Positions 49,121 to 58,320 of a stretch of 64,000 nt of DNA are shown here, piece by piece. Positions within the stretch are counted from its first letter, which is position 1, and each line of letters starts with the position of its first letter. The stretch covers positions 64,001-128,000 of the forward strand of contig JBHLJY010000003.1 in the NCBI GenBank assembly GCA_048887225.1. Reading direction: 5' to 3'. The stretch is from Candidatus Hodarchaeota archaeon (GTDB taxonomy: Archaea > Asgardarchaeota > Lokiarchaeia > Sigyniarchaeales > SOKP01). The notes below the pieces were generated by a model. The model was not told where the DNA came from and searched no databases. It worked only from the letters and a program-made list of their open reading frames with translations. The translations under genes were made by a program, and so were the position numbers.

Positions 49121-50179
49121 ACGAGTATTATTGTTCCTTCTTATACTTATACATATATTAAACTGGATTTTTTAAAACAGTTAATAATGGATGACGATAT
49201 GTTAAAAAAACTGAGAGAGATTGATGATATAAAAGAATTTATTGATTTTATAAGTCCATATTACCCTAATATAAAAGTTAAGAATTATACAATAGAAGAA
49301 ATCGAAAAATCACTCTATAATACGTTTATTAAGTTGATTGGAAAACTTATTTTTTATTCACCTAAAAATATGAGACGCTTTTTAAGAGATTATTTATTGC
49401 AATTTGAAATTATGAATATTAAACAAATCATTCTTGGATCAATAATAGGTTTGAATAAAAAAGCTATATCAGAAAAAGTCAATTTTTTGACCGAGAAATT
49501 ATTAGGTAATGTAGAATTTGTAAATAACTTGCTTGAAATTTCTTCTTTAGACGAAATTCAATTGTTTATGAAAGGTACTAAATATTATAAAGTAATAAGA
49601 GAAGGTTTGCTTTACTTTAAAAATTATAATGAAGTTTTCGTATTAGAGGCTTTTTTAGATCAACTATATTATATAAACATGATAAGGGAGGAAAAAACCT
49701 TTTCTAGAAAAGAAAGAAAAATAATAAATTTATATATAGACAGTATAACTGAGATTTATAACTTAAATGTAATTTATAGAGGCATACTAAATAAAATCGA
49801 TAAAAAATTATTATCTCAATTCTTAGTTGAAAATTACCTTTTTTTGGATAAGAGTAAAATTGAGAATCTATTAAATCAAGAAAATTTTAACGAGTTTATT
49901 TCTAATATTAAAGAGATTTTTAGTAATGTTAAAGGTATAAAGAAATTCTATGATATACGTGGTATTAATATAGAGCATCTATATTGGTGGATTGAGGGAT
50001 TGTATATAAATTATTTTTTTAATAAATTTAAACCAAAATTCGATGATATTGATTATTCGACGATACTTAAAGTTATTGAGATTTTAATAAAAAAACAAAA
50101 AGAGATTCAATTTGATATATTACCTAATGCCATTAAAATTATTCACAAAAAATTTGAAATATTAGAGGAAAGCGGTTGA
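49121..50179 (+). CDS. atpC: A/V-type ATPase subunit C (d); start extended to ACG at 49121
   Basis: EIMNIK.II, LEAFLDQLYY, EIYNL..IYRG; in-frame upstream SYTYTYIKLDFLK; position in operon. Confidence 0.8.
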   Translation, partial: TSIIVPSYTYTYIKLDFLKQLIMDDDMLKKLREIDDIKEFIDFISPYYPNIKVKNYTIEEIEKSLYNTFIKLIGKLIFYSPKNMRRFLRDYLLQFEIMNIKQIILGSIIGLNKKAISEKVNFLTEKLLGNVEFVNNLLEISSLDEIQLFMKGTKYYKVIREGLLYFKNYNEVFVLEAFLDQLYYINMIREEKTFSRKERKIINLYIDSITEIYNLNVIYRGILNKIDKKLLSQFLVENYLFLDKSKIENLLNQENFNEFISNIKEIFSNVKGIKKFYDIRGINIEHLYWWIEGLYINYFFNKFKPKFDDIDYSTILKVIEILIKKQKEIQFDILPNAIKIIHKKFEILEESG

Positions 50180-50186
50180 ATAAATA

Positions 50187-50498
50187 ATGGAAATATTTAA
50201 ATGGGCTAGTGAAATAGAGAAAGTCTACAAGGACTTAATTGATGATGCTAAAGAAGCAAGTTTTGCTGAACTTCAAGCTTTAAGAAATAATCAAGAAAAG
50301 ATGACAGAATATGCGATTAACCAAAAAAGAGAACTTGTAAATTTAGCTTTAAAAAACCTTTCAGAAGAAGTAGATAAAAGAATTAACAAATATAAAAATG
50401 AACTAAATAATGTTATAAAAAATATTGAAGAAAAATATCAAAAAAATAAAAAGAACTTGCAAAAATTAATTATTGAAGATTTAGGATTAGATTTTTAA
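50187..50498 (+). CDS. A/V-type ATPase peripheral stalk subunit H/G (probable)
   Basis: 103-aa charged helix within the ATPase operon. Confidence 0.6.
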   Translation: MEIFKWASEIEKVYKDLIDDAKEASFAELQALRNNQEKMTEYAINQKRELVNLALKNLSEEVDKRINKYKNELNNVIKNIEEKYQKNKKNLQKLIIEDLGLDF

Positions 50499-50818
50499 TG
50501 GCTGATAATGAAATTTTTGTTATAGGTTATGATGAAATCGTTTTATTATTAGGGCTACTAGGAATAGAAGGCATAGTTCTTGAAAATCAAGATAAGTTTT
50601 TAAAAACCTTTAATGATATAATAAAAAAACCTTCAATAGGGATGGTGATTGTTGCTTTGGATTTGCCTGACAATATTATTGATTTTTTAATAGATTTTAA
50701 ATTAAATAATAGAAGGCCTTTTATATTTTATTTGCCAGACATTTTCAAACCAAATATTGAAAACGAAAATATTTTTTTGAAAAGAATTAGTGAATTGTTA
50801 AGTGAAATTCTATCATAG
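50498..50818 (+). CDS. atpF: A/V-type ATPase subunit F
   Basis: IFVIG..E....LLGIEG, IGMVIV, P...LPD. Confidence 0.85.
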   Translation: MADNEIFVIGYDEIVLLLGLLGIEGIVLENQDKFLKTFNDIIKKPSIGMVIVALDLPDNIIDFLIDFKLNNRRPFIFYLPDIFKPNIENENIFLKRISELLSEILS

Positions 50819-50868
50819 GGGAAAAATAAATCGAAGGAAGATGGATTAATATTTCAGAAGAGAAAGAT

Positions 50869-51573
50869 TTGAAGGAAAGATTTGGAAATCTTGGATTATA
50901 TCTAATTGAAAAAGCTAAAGAAGAGATCAGAGCGGTAAACCGCCAAGCTCTATTTCAAAAGGCAGAAATCAGAAAAAGATACATAGAAAGAGCCAACGAA
51001 AATTCATTAAAAATAAGAAAGCAATTTATTAAGACGTATAATCAATACCTAAATAATATATTGTCAGAAACACTCCTCAAATCCAAAGAAAAAATTTTAG
51101 ATTTAAAAAATAGAATTTTAGAAGATTTAAAAAACTCTATAAATCACTTTATAAAGGAAAAAATAAATAAAAATTACACAAATTACATAAATTTCTTATT
51201 AAATATATTTAGAAGCTACAAGAGTTTTATTGATAAATCATCCAAAATAATTATACTATTTAACTCTAAAGATTTCGATTATTTTAGCAAATCTTCTGTA
51301 AAAATAAAAAATCTGTTTAAAAATGACATTGAAATACAGAAATATTCAGAAGAACTTATTGGAGGTTTTAAAGTTAAGTTATTTAAAGGAACAATATACT
51401 ACGATTATTCAATAGATAATTTAATAAATGAAAGTTCGTCGCATATTCAAAAAAATTTTTCAACATTAGTTACTGATCCTGAGATCAAAGATATTGAGCA
51501 TAATTTTGAGGAATTCATTCAAAATAAAAAATTAGGTATAAAGGATTATTTAAAAGATTATGACCGAATCTGA
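50869..51573 (+). CDS. atpE: A/V-type ATPase subunit E
   Basis: N-terminal coiled coil, IGGFKV...YDYSIDNL. Confidence 0.8.
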   Translation: MKERFGNLGLYLIEKAKEEIRAVNRQALFQKAEIRKRYIERANENSLKIRKQFIKTYNQYLNNILSETLLKSKEKILDLKNRILEDLKNSINHFIKEKINKNYTNYINFLLNIFRSYKSFIDKSSKIIILFNSKDFDYFSKSSVKIKNLFKNDIEIQKYSEELIGGFKVKLFKGTIYYDYSIDNLINESSSHIQKNFSTLVTDPEIKDIEHNFEEFIQNKKLGIKDYLKDYDRI

Positions 51574-53398
51574 AAAGGATTCAAATACTGGGTATATTTC
51601 AAGAATTCGTGGTTCGCTGATTGAAGTAAAAGGATTAGAAAATGAAATACGCCTTAATGATTTAATTAGAATCTCTAAACATAATATTAAGGGTCAAGTT
51701 ATTCAAATTTACTCAGATCATATTATTGCGCAGTGTTTTGAAAGTACTTCAAATTTAGAATTAAGAGAGAAAGTTGAAAATCTCCATAAACCATTATCTA
51801 TGGAATTGGCTCCTGGATTATTATCTAACATTTTTGATGGTATTCAACGACCTTTAAAAGAGGCTTTTGCATATTCTAAAAATGAAGGCTTTTTAGAGAG
51901 AGGTCTAAATTTGCCCCCTTTATCAAGAACGAAAAAATGGTTTTTTAAACCTCTAAAAAAGCAAAACGATTATGTTATTGGTGGAGATATATTAGGAACT
52001 GTACAAGAAACAGATTTAATTGAACATAGAATAATGGTACCTCTAGGTGGAGATGGAAAACTAATAAGTATTGTTAAAGAAGGAGAATTTACAATCATAG
52101 ATGAAATATATAGAATAAAACAAAAAAATAAGGAAAAATCTTATAGTATGCTTCAAAGTTGGCCAATTACAAAAAGTAGACCATATACTAAACGAGTTTC
52201 ACCTAAAGAACCTTTAATTACGGGAATTCGAGTAATAGATCTATTATTTCCTGTAGTAAAAGGAGGTACAGTCGCAGTTCCTGGTGGATTTGGAACAGGT
52301 AAGACAGTTATTCAACAATCTTTAGCTAAATGGTGTAATGCAGATGTTATTCTTTTTATTGGATGTGGAGAACGAGGAAATGAAATTGCAGACGTATTAA
52401 AACAATTTTCAGAAATTATTGATCCTCAAAGTGGTCATCCTTTATTGGAACGTATAGTACTAATAGCAAATACCTCAAATATGCCTGTTTCTGCTCGTGG
52501 GGCAAGTATTTTTTCTGGAGTTACAATAGCAGAATATTATAGAGATATGGGATATGATGTCGCGGTTTTAGCAGATAGTACTTCAAGATACGCAGAGTCT
52601 TTAAGAGAAATTTCTGGTTTGCTGGAAGAAATGCCTGCAGAAGAAGGATATCCCGCATATTTTCCCTCAAAACTTTCAAATTTTTATGAAAGAGCAGGTG
52701 TAATAAAAACTTTAGGGAATTATGCTTCTGGCGAAGAAAAATTTGGTTCTTTGACTATAATTGGTACAATATCCCCCCCATCAGGAGATTTTAGTGAACC
52801 TATTACATCAACAACCAAACGTTTTGTGCAAGCTTTCTGGGCATTAGATGCAAACTTGGCCTATAGCAAGCATTATCCTGCTATTAATTGGCTTGAATCA
52901 TATTCAAATTATCCTGAATATATTGAAGATTGGTGGTTTGAAAGAGATATTGATTGGTCAGAAATAGATATTGATTGGTTAGAATGCCGAAAACAAGTTA
53001 ATGAAATTTTATCTATAGAAAATGATTTAAAAAATGTAGTACAATTAATAGGAGAAGAAAACCTACCAGAGTCTCAACAATTAGATCTATTTATTGCGAA
53101 AATTATTAAAAACGGATTTTTAATTCAGAATGCTTTTGATACTATTGATAATTATACAAATATTCAGAAATTATTAGGACTCATAAAAATAATTCTTTTA
53201 TTGTATCACCAAGGTAAGGATCTTTTGAAACAAGGATTTATTGTTGAAGATATTAAAGATTTAGAGATACTTAACGATATCTTAAGAATCAGCCATACAA
53301 TTCCGAATAATAATTTTACCAATATAGTCAAAGTAAGAAATAAATTATTAAATGAAATTGAGACATTAAAATTATCGTCGCGGGCGATTAGAAAATAA
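51560..53398 (+). CDS. atpA: A/V-type ATPase catalytic subunit A
   Basis: [48 protein letters not shown]. Confidence 0.95.
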   Translation: MTESEKDSNTGYISRIRGSLIEVKGLENEIRLNDLIRISKHNIKGQVIQIYSDHIIAQCFESTSNLELREKVENLHKPLSMELAPGLLSNIFDGIQRPLKEAFAYSKNEGFLERGLNLPPLSRTKKWFFKPLKKQNDYVIGGDILGTVQETDLIEHRIMVPLGGDGKLISIVKEGEFTIIDEIYRIKQKNKEKSYSMLQSWPITKSRPYTKRVSPKEPLITGIRVIDLLFPVVKGGTVAVPGGFGTGKTVIQQSLAKWCNADVILFIGCGERGNEIADVLKQFSEIIDPQSGHPLLERIVLIANTSNMPVSARGASIFSGVTIAEYYRDMGYDVAVLADSTSRYAESLREISGLLEEMPAEEGYPAYFPSKLSNFYERAGVIKTLGNYASGEEKFGSLTIIGTISPPSGDFSEPITSTTKRFVQAFWALDANLAYSKHYPAINWLESYSNYPEYIEDWWFERDIDWSEIDIDWLECRKQVNEILSIENDLKNVVQLIGEENLPESQQLDLFIAKIIKNGFLIQNAFDTIDNYTNIQKLLGLIKIILLLYHQGKDLLKQGFIVEDIKDLEILNDILRISHTIPNNNFTNIVKVRNKLLNEIETLKLSSRAIRK

Positions 53399-54790
53399 AT
53401 GAGTGTGATATATAAAAAAATACAAGATATCGTTGGACCTTTGTTATTTTTAAAAAACGAGCATAATGTTAAATATGGTGAAATCATTAGAATTTATTCA
53501 GATGGAGGAAATGTACGTACGGGTCAAGTTGTAGAAATAAGTGAAGAGATAATTATAGTAGAAGTTTTTGAAGATACAAGCGGAATATCTTCAGAAAATT
53601 CTGAAATATTCTTTACAAACGATACCTTTAAAATAAAAATATCGGTTGATATGGCTGGTCGAACTTTTAATTCATTAGGCCAATCGATTGATCTTAAAAC
53701 TAAATCCATTTTAAAATCAGATATTTTAACTGATGTGGAAAGAGATATTAATAGTAAACCAATTAATCCTTTTGCAAGAGAATATCCATCAGATGTTATT
53801 CAAACTGGTATATCCACAATAGACGGTTTATTTACTTTGATAAGAGGTCAGAAGCTTCCTATTTTTAGCGGACAAGGCTTACCACATGATAAATTAGCGG
53901 CTCAAATTGCCACTCAAGCAAAAGTATTGACAGAAGAGCCATTTTTAATTATTTTTTGTGGAATTGGAATTCTTCAAGATGAGGCAATTTATTTCATAAA
54001 TCGATTCAAGGAGAGTGGAAACATTCAGAATATTATTTCTTTTATTAATTTTTCTGACGATCCAATAATGGAAAGATTAATTATTCCAAGAGTAGCCTTA
54101 ACAACTGCAGAATACTTCGCGTTTGAACAAGAAATGCATGTTTTAGTAATTTTAATAAATATGACAAATTATGCAGAAGCTCTTAGAGAATTAAGCGCAG
54201 CCAAAGAAGAAGTACCGAGTAGAAAAGGATTTCCTGGATACCTTTATTCTGATTTCGCCTCTTTATTCGAAAGAACGGGAAAAATAAAAGGCAGGAATGG
54301 ATCAATAACTCAGATCGCTATTTTAACCATGCCAAACGATGATATTTCACACCCTATACCTGATACAACTGGTTATATTACCGAAGGGCAATTAGTTCTC
54401 AATAGAAATCTTCATAAGAAGGGGATTTATCCTCCTTTTGATGTTCTGGCATCTATATCCCGCCTAATGAAAGATTCCATTGGTAGGGAAACCACAAGGG
54501 AAGATCATGCTAGCATTAGCTCACAATTATTAGCGTCTTATGCAAAAGCCATTGAAATGAGAGATTTAATCTCTATAATTGGAGAAGATGGTTTAAATAT
54601 AGAACAATTAGATTTATTAAAATTTGGAGACGATTTTGAACAGAAAATTATGAATCAAGGAGCAAGCGAGAATAGAAATTTCTCAGACACATTTAAGATT
54701 ATATGGGAAGTATTATCTAGATTATCAAAAAATCAATTATTCAGAATCAATCAAAAATTTATAGAAAAATATTATCTTGAAGAGGTGTAA
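53399..54790 (+). CDS. atpB: A/V-type ATPase subunit B
   Basis: TGISTID, RGQKLPIFSG, MTNYAEALRE, HPIPD.TGYITEGQ, SRLM. Confidence 0.95.
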   Translation: MSVIYKKIQDIVGPLLFLKNEHNVKYGEIIRIYSDGGNVRTGQVVEISEEIIIVEVFEDTSGISSENSEIFFTNDTFKIKISVDMAGRTFNSLGQSIDLKTKSILKSDILTDVERDINSKPINPFAREYPSDVIQTGISTIDGLFTLIRGQKLPIFSGQGLPHDKLAAQIATQAKVLTEEPFLIIFCGIGILQDEAIYFINRFKESGNIQNIISFINFSDDPIMERLIIPRVALTTAEYFAFEQEMHVLVILINMTNYAEALRELSAAKEEVPSRKGFPGYLYSDFASLFERTGKIKGRNGSITQIAILTMPNDDISHPIPDTTGYITEGQLVLNRNLHKKGIYPPFDVLASISRLMKDSIGRETTREDHASISSQLLASYAKAIEMRDLISIIGEDGLNIEQLDLLKFGDDFEQKIMNQGASENRNFSDTFKIIWEVLSRLSKNQLFRINQKFIEKYYLEEV

Positions 54791-54796
54791 ACCACA

Positions 54797-55447
54797 ATAA
54801 GTTTTAAAAAAATTAAGCCCACAAAAACTAATTTAATTACTTTACAGAGGAAATTAGATTTTGCGAATCGGGGCAAGAATTTTTTGGAGTTTAAACGAGA
54901 ACAATTAATTTTTCAGATAAAAAATTACTTCTCTAATTATAGAATACATCAAAAAAAATTCTTCTCAATATATAGAAACGCTTTGATTAAATTGAATCAA
55001 ACATATAGAGAAATGGGCAAATTTAATTTAGGCTTCATTAATGACTTGAGTAAGATTAGATTTAAACCCCTGGTTAATATAAATTATAAAAAAAAAGCTG
55101 GTATGATTATACCGCTAATTGATTATGAATTATTATTAGAAAAGCAACTCCCTTCATATTCTTTTGAAAATACGAGTCATTATCTTGATGAGTTAATTGA
55201 TATTTCAAAGAAATTTTTTGAAAAACTTATTGTCTTAGCAGAACTGGAAGATTTAATGTTAAAATTTACATATACTTTTAAAAAAATCAACAGAAGAATA
55301 AATAGCTTAGATAACATAATTATTCCCACTCTTCAATTAGATATAAAAAAAATTAAAGATATTATAGAAGAAAGCGAAAGAGAAGAATATGTTAGATTAA
55401 AAATTACAAAAGAAACAATATATAAAAAAAAATCCGTTAGGTTCTAG
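54797..55447 (+). CDS. atpD: A/V-type ATPase subunit D; start extended to ATA at 54797
   Basis: In-frame IKPTKTNL..L.RKL.FA.RG..FLE.KR lies upstream of the tracked TTG at 54884; RRINSL..IIP, EREE..RLK. Confidence 0.88.
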   Translation: MSFKKIKPTKTNLITLQRKLDFANRGKNFLEFKREQLIFQIKNYFSNYRIHQKKFFSIYRNALIKLNQTYREMGKFNLGFINDLSKIRFKPLVNINYKKKAGMIIPLIDYELLLEKQLPSYSFENTSHYLDELIDISKKFFEKLIVLAELEDLMLKFTYTFKKINRRINSLDNIIIPTLQLDIKKIKDIIEESEREEYVRLKITKETIYKKKSVRF

Positions 55448-55452
55448 CCAAT

Positions 55453-57747
55453 ATGACAATTAAGAATCAGATGAGTTTAATCAATGTTGTTATTAAAAGA
55501 AATTATAAAAATCAACTTCTAACTCTGCTGTCTAGTTTAAATGCTGTTCATATAAAATCAAAATCTGAAGTTAAAAAAGAAATTGAAGGAGATAGAGCTT
55601 TTTCAGAGAAATTAAAAAATTTAAGACAAAATCTCGATTTATTATTTAAGAAAATTAGAATTAGCGATTCAGATTTTCAAGAATTAAAGATTAGTAGAAC
55701 CGAGCGCGTCGAATTTTTAGTAAAAGATTTACAAGAGTTATTAAATCATACTTTAGAAGAAATTAATTTTTTCTATAACCGTGTGGATGAATTAGAAAGA
55801 TATACTGTAAGAGCGAAAATAGAGTTAGAAAATTTAAATACGATTAATAGCTGTTATAATTTTTTAGATAAATTCAATTTGACGCGGGAAAGCTTATCCG
55901 CTTTAGATCAGTTTGGATTTAAGGTTTATACATCTTTTTCTAAAAATTTGCCTAATTTAAAAAATCTGTTTGAATTCACAGTATTTCCAAACATTTATCA
56001 ATATAATTTTATTTCTGATGACCGAATTGTTTTTTATGTAATGTATCCACAAGATAGAGAAAACGATTTAAAAGAACGAATAAGTATTATACATGCAGAA
56101 GAAATCCCAATTTTAAAAAAATATTTAACTCCTGAAGGAATTAACTTTACTAGAATTTCTAAAGAAATTGATTTAATAAAAAATTCCCTTTCAAAATACG
56201 CAAAAGAACTTCATCGCATCATAGAAAATAACTTACTTAAATTCGCTGCTATTAATGAAGTTGTTGAAAATATCGAAGAATATTCGTGGGCTTCCAAACA
56301 ATTTGAAGAATTATCATCAGGTCGTTTAGTTCTTAAATTCTTTGTTCCTATTGAAAAAAAACAGGAAGTCATTCTATATTTAAAGAAAAATTTGAAAAAA
56401 AATATAATAATCAACTCAATAGATATATCTAAAAAACGCATAATCAGCGATACTGGGGAATTTAAAGAAAAATACGAAGAATTAGAAGGAAGATACCCAT
56501 TGAATACTAGAACTTTGGATGAGAGTGGAAGAGAAATATCTAAAAGTGATACTGAAGAGGAAGATTTGCGGGAAAAAACTCCAACAGTTATGCATAATTT
56601 CTTTTTGTTTAGACCATTTGAGACATTAACAAAATTGTACGGAACTCCTTCTTATTCTGAAGTTGATCCAACTCCAGTTTTATTCTTTACCTTTCCTCTA
56701 TTATTTGGATTAATGTTTGGAGATATTGGTCATGGTATGTGTTTAATAATAGCAGGATTAATTGGAGCAATTACTTTTAGAAAACGAAAAAGAAATGATT
56801 TATATAATTTATGTTGGATTATATTCTGGTGTGGCTGGGGTGCTGTTTTAATTGGATTTTTATATGGAGAATTTTTTGGAATGCAAGAGATTCCGATTTT
56901 AGGACTTAAACTGCAGCCTGTTCCAATTTATGTCCCATTAATGGGATTCATTACTCTACATAATCCTTTAGATAATATAATGACTCTTTTTATCTTTGTG
57001 TTATTAGTTGGTGTATTTCATATTAACTTAGGATGGTTTATACAATTCTTAAATTATTGGAAGCAAAAACGTAAATATCTTGCTTTTACAGATTCATTAT
57101 GTAAAATTGCATTTTTAACTGGAGGTACTTGCTTAATTTTTATATTTGGACTAAATATTAACGTCTGGTTTGCTTTTCCATACCCTATTCTATTACCTTT
57201 AGTGCCAGGATTGTTATTAATAATATTAAAACCTCTAGGTAAAGTAATAAATATATCTTATTTAAGAGAAGATTCTTACGGCGAATTGTTAGGGGAAGGA
57301 TCGCTAGAAACATTCGAAACAGTTTTATCTGTTTTAAGTAATGTTGCCTCTTATATAAGACTATTAGCTTTAGCGTTAGCACATATTGCTTTGATGGTTG
57401 CGATTCAAGCAATGATAGGATTAATTCAAGGTGAAGGAATAGTATTTCAAATTCTAATTGTAATTGGATTAATTCTTGGAAACTTAGTTGTCATTTTAAT
57501 AGAAGGAATCCTTGTTTTCATTAACACAATAAGACTCCATTTTTACGAATTTTTCTTTAAATTTTATCAAGGGAAGGGTATTTTCTTTTTTCCTTTCTTT
57601 TTAGATGAAGATTATTCACATATATCCTTTAAAGTTGAGCTGGAAACGGATGTAATTTCTGAAGAAATAGAAAAAGAAATTGATACAAAGGAAACTAAAG
57701 AGGTAATTGACAAAGCCGTAAAATACATCTCTGATAAATTTTTTTAA
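55453..57747 (+). CDS. atpI: A/V-type ATPase subunit I (a)
   Basis: PFE.L..YGTP.Y.EVDPT, FGLMFGDIGHG, SYIRLLAL (essential Arg), RLHFYEFF. Confidence 0.95.
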   Translation: MTIKNQMSLINVVIKRNYKNQLLTLLSSLNAVHIKSKSEVKKEIEGDRAFSEKLKNLRQNLDLLFKKIRISDSDFQELKISRTERVEFLVKDLQELLNHTLEEINFFYNRVDELERYTVRAKIELENLNTINSCYNFLDKFNLTRESLSALDQFGFKVYTSFSKNLPNLKNLFEFTVFPNIYQYNFISDDRIVFYVMYPQDRENDLKERISIIHAEEIPILKKYLTPEGINFTRISKEIDLIKNSLSKYAKELHRIIENNLLKFAAINEVVENIEEYSWASKQFEELSSGRLVLKFFVPIEKKQEVILYLKKNLKKNIIINSIDISKKRIISDTGEFKEKYEELEGRYPLNTRTLDESGREISKSDTEEEDLREKTPTVMHNFFLFRPFETLTKLYGTPSYSEVDPTPVLFFTFPLLFGLMFGDIGHGMCLIIAGLIGAITFRKRKRNDLYNLCWIIFWCGWGAVLIGFLYGEFFGMQEIPILGLKLQPVPIYVPLMGFITLHNPLDNIMTLFIFVLLVGVFHINLGWFIQFLNYWKQKRKYLAFTDSLCKIAFLTGGTCLIFIFGLNINVWFAFPYPILLPLVPGLLLIILKPLGKVINISYLREDSYGELLGEGSLETFETVLSVLSNVASYIRLLALALAHIALMVAIQAMIGLIQGEGIVFQILIVIGLILGNLVVILIEGILVFINTIRLHFYEFFFKFYQGKGIFFFPFFLDEDYSHISFKVELETDVISEEIEKEIDTKETKEVIDKAVKYISDKFF

Positions 57748-57774
57748 TTTAGATTTATCCCTATTGACTAAAAA

Positions 57775-58191
57775 ATGGAAACTATAAAAAGAAAGAATTC
57801 TAGAAAATGGTTTCAAAAAAAGATTATTTTAAAAACAATATTTTTATTCATTAGTGTTATTATTATTCTTTTTTTATTTGTGCTATTAAATGAATTGGGG
57901 GCTACTTCTCTTATTATTGTCTTAATATTTTTATTTGTGTTTGTAGTCTTTCTAGGTCCTTTTTTCATTAAGAAAAATAAAGGAAAATTTAAATTACAAC
58001 CACATTATTCCCGAATTTTTCCTTCAAAAATTAATACTGAAGTAAGACAAAAGGAAAATAGAGTAATAGATCTTGATACTAAATATCGAGAACCTTCAAA
58101 ACCACTAATCCTAAAATGTAATAAATGTAGAATGATTTTGCCTAGTTTTGTAAAAAAGTGTCCGCAGTGTGGTAAACCTGTTATAGAATAA
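57775..58191 (+). CDS. Two-TM membrane protein with C-terminal zinc ribbon
   Basis: Two hydrophobic helices; CNKC...CPQCG. Confidence 0.7.
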   Translation: METIKRKNSRKWFQKKIILKTIFLFISVIIILFLFVLLNELGATSLIIVLIFLFVFVVFLGPFFIKKNKGKFKLQPHYSRIFPSKINTEVRQKENRVIDLDTKYREPSKPLILKCNKCRMILPSFVKKCPQCGKPVIE

Positions 58192-58235
58192 ATTTAAATT
58201 TAATGAGAAAAAATTTTAAATTAATTATTAATCAA

Positions 58236-58307
58236 GCGCTCGTAGTATAGTGGTTAGTATGCTGGGTTCCCAACCCCGCGACCCGGGTTCAATTCCCGGC
58301 GGGCGCA
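58236..58307 (+). tRNA. tRNA-Gly(CCC), intron-less
   Basis: GCGCUCG/CGGGCGC acceptor stem, anticodon loop UU-CCC-AA, CCGGG-UUCAAUU-CCCGG T-arm. Confidence 0.92.
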
Positions 58308-58320
58308 CCTTTTTATTTAC

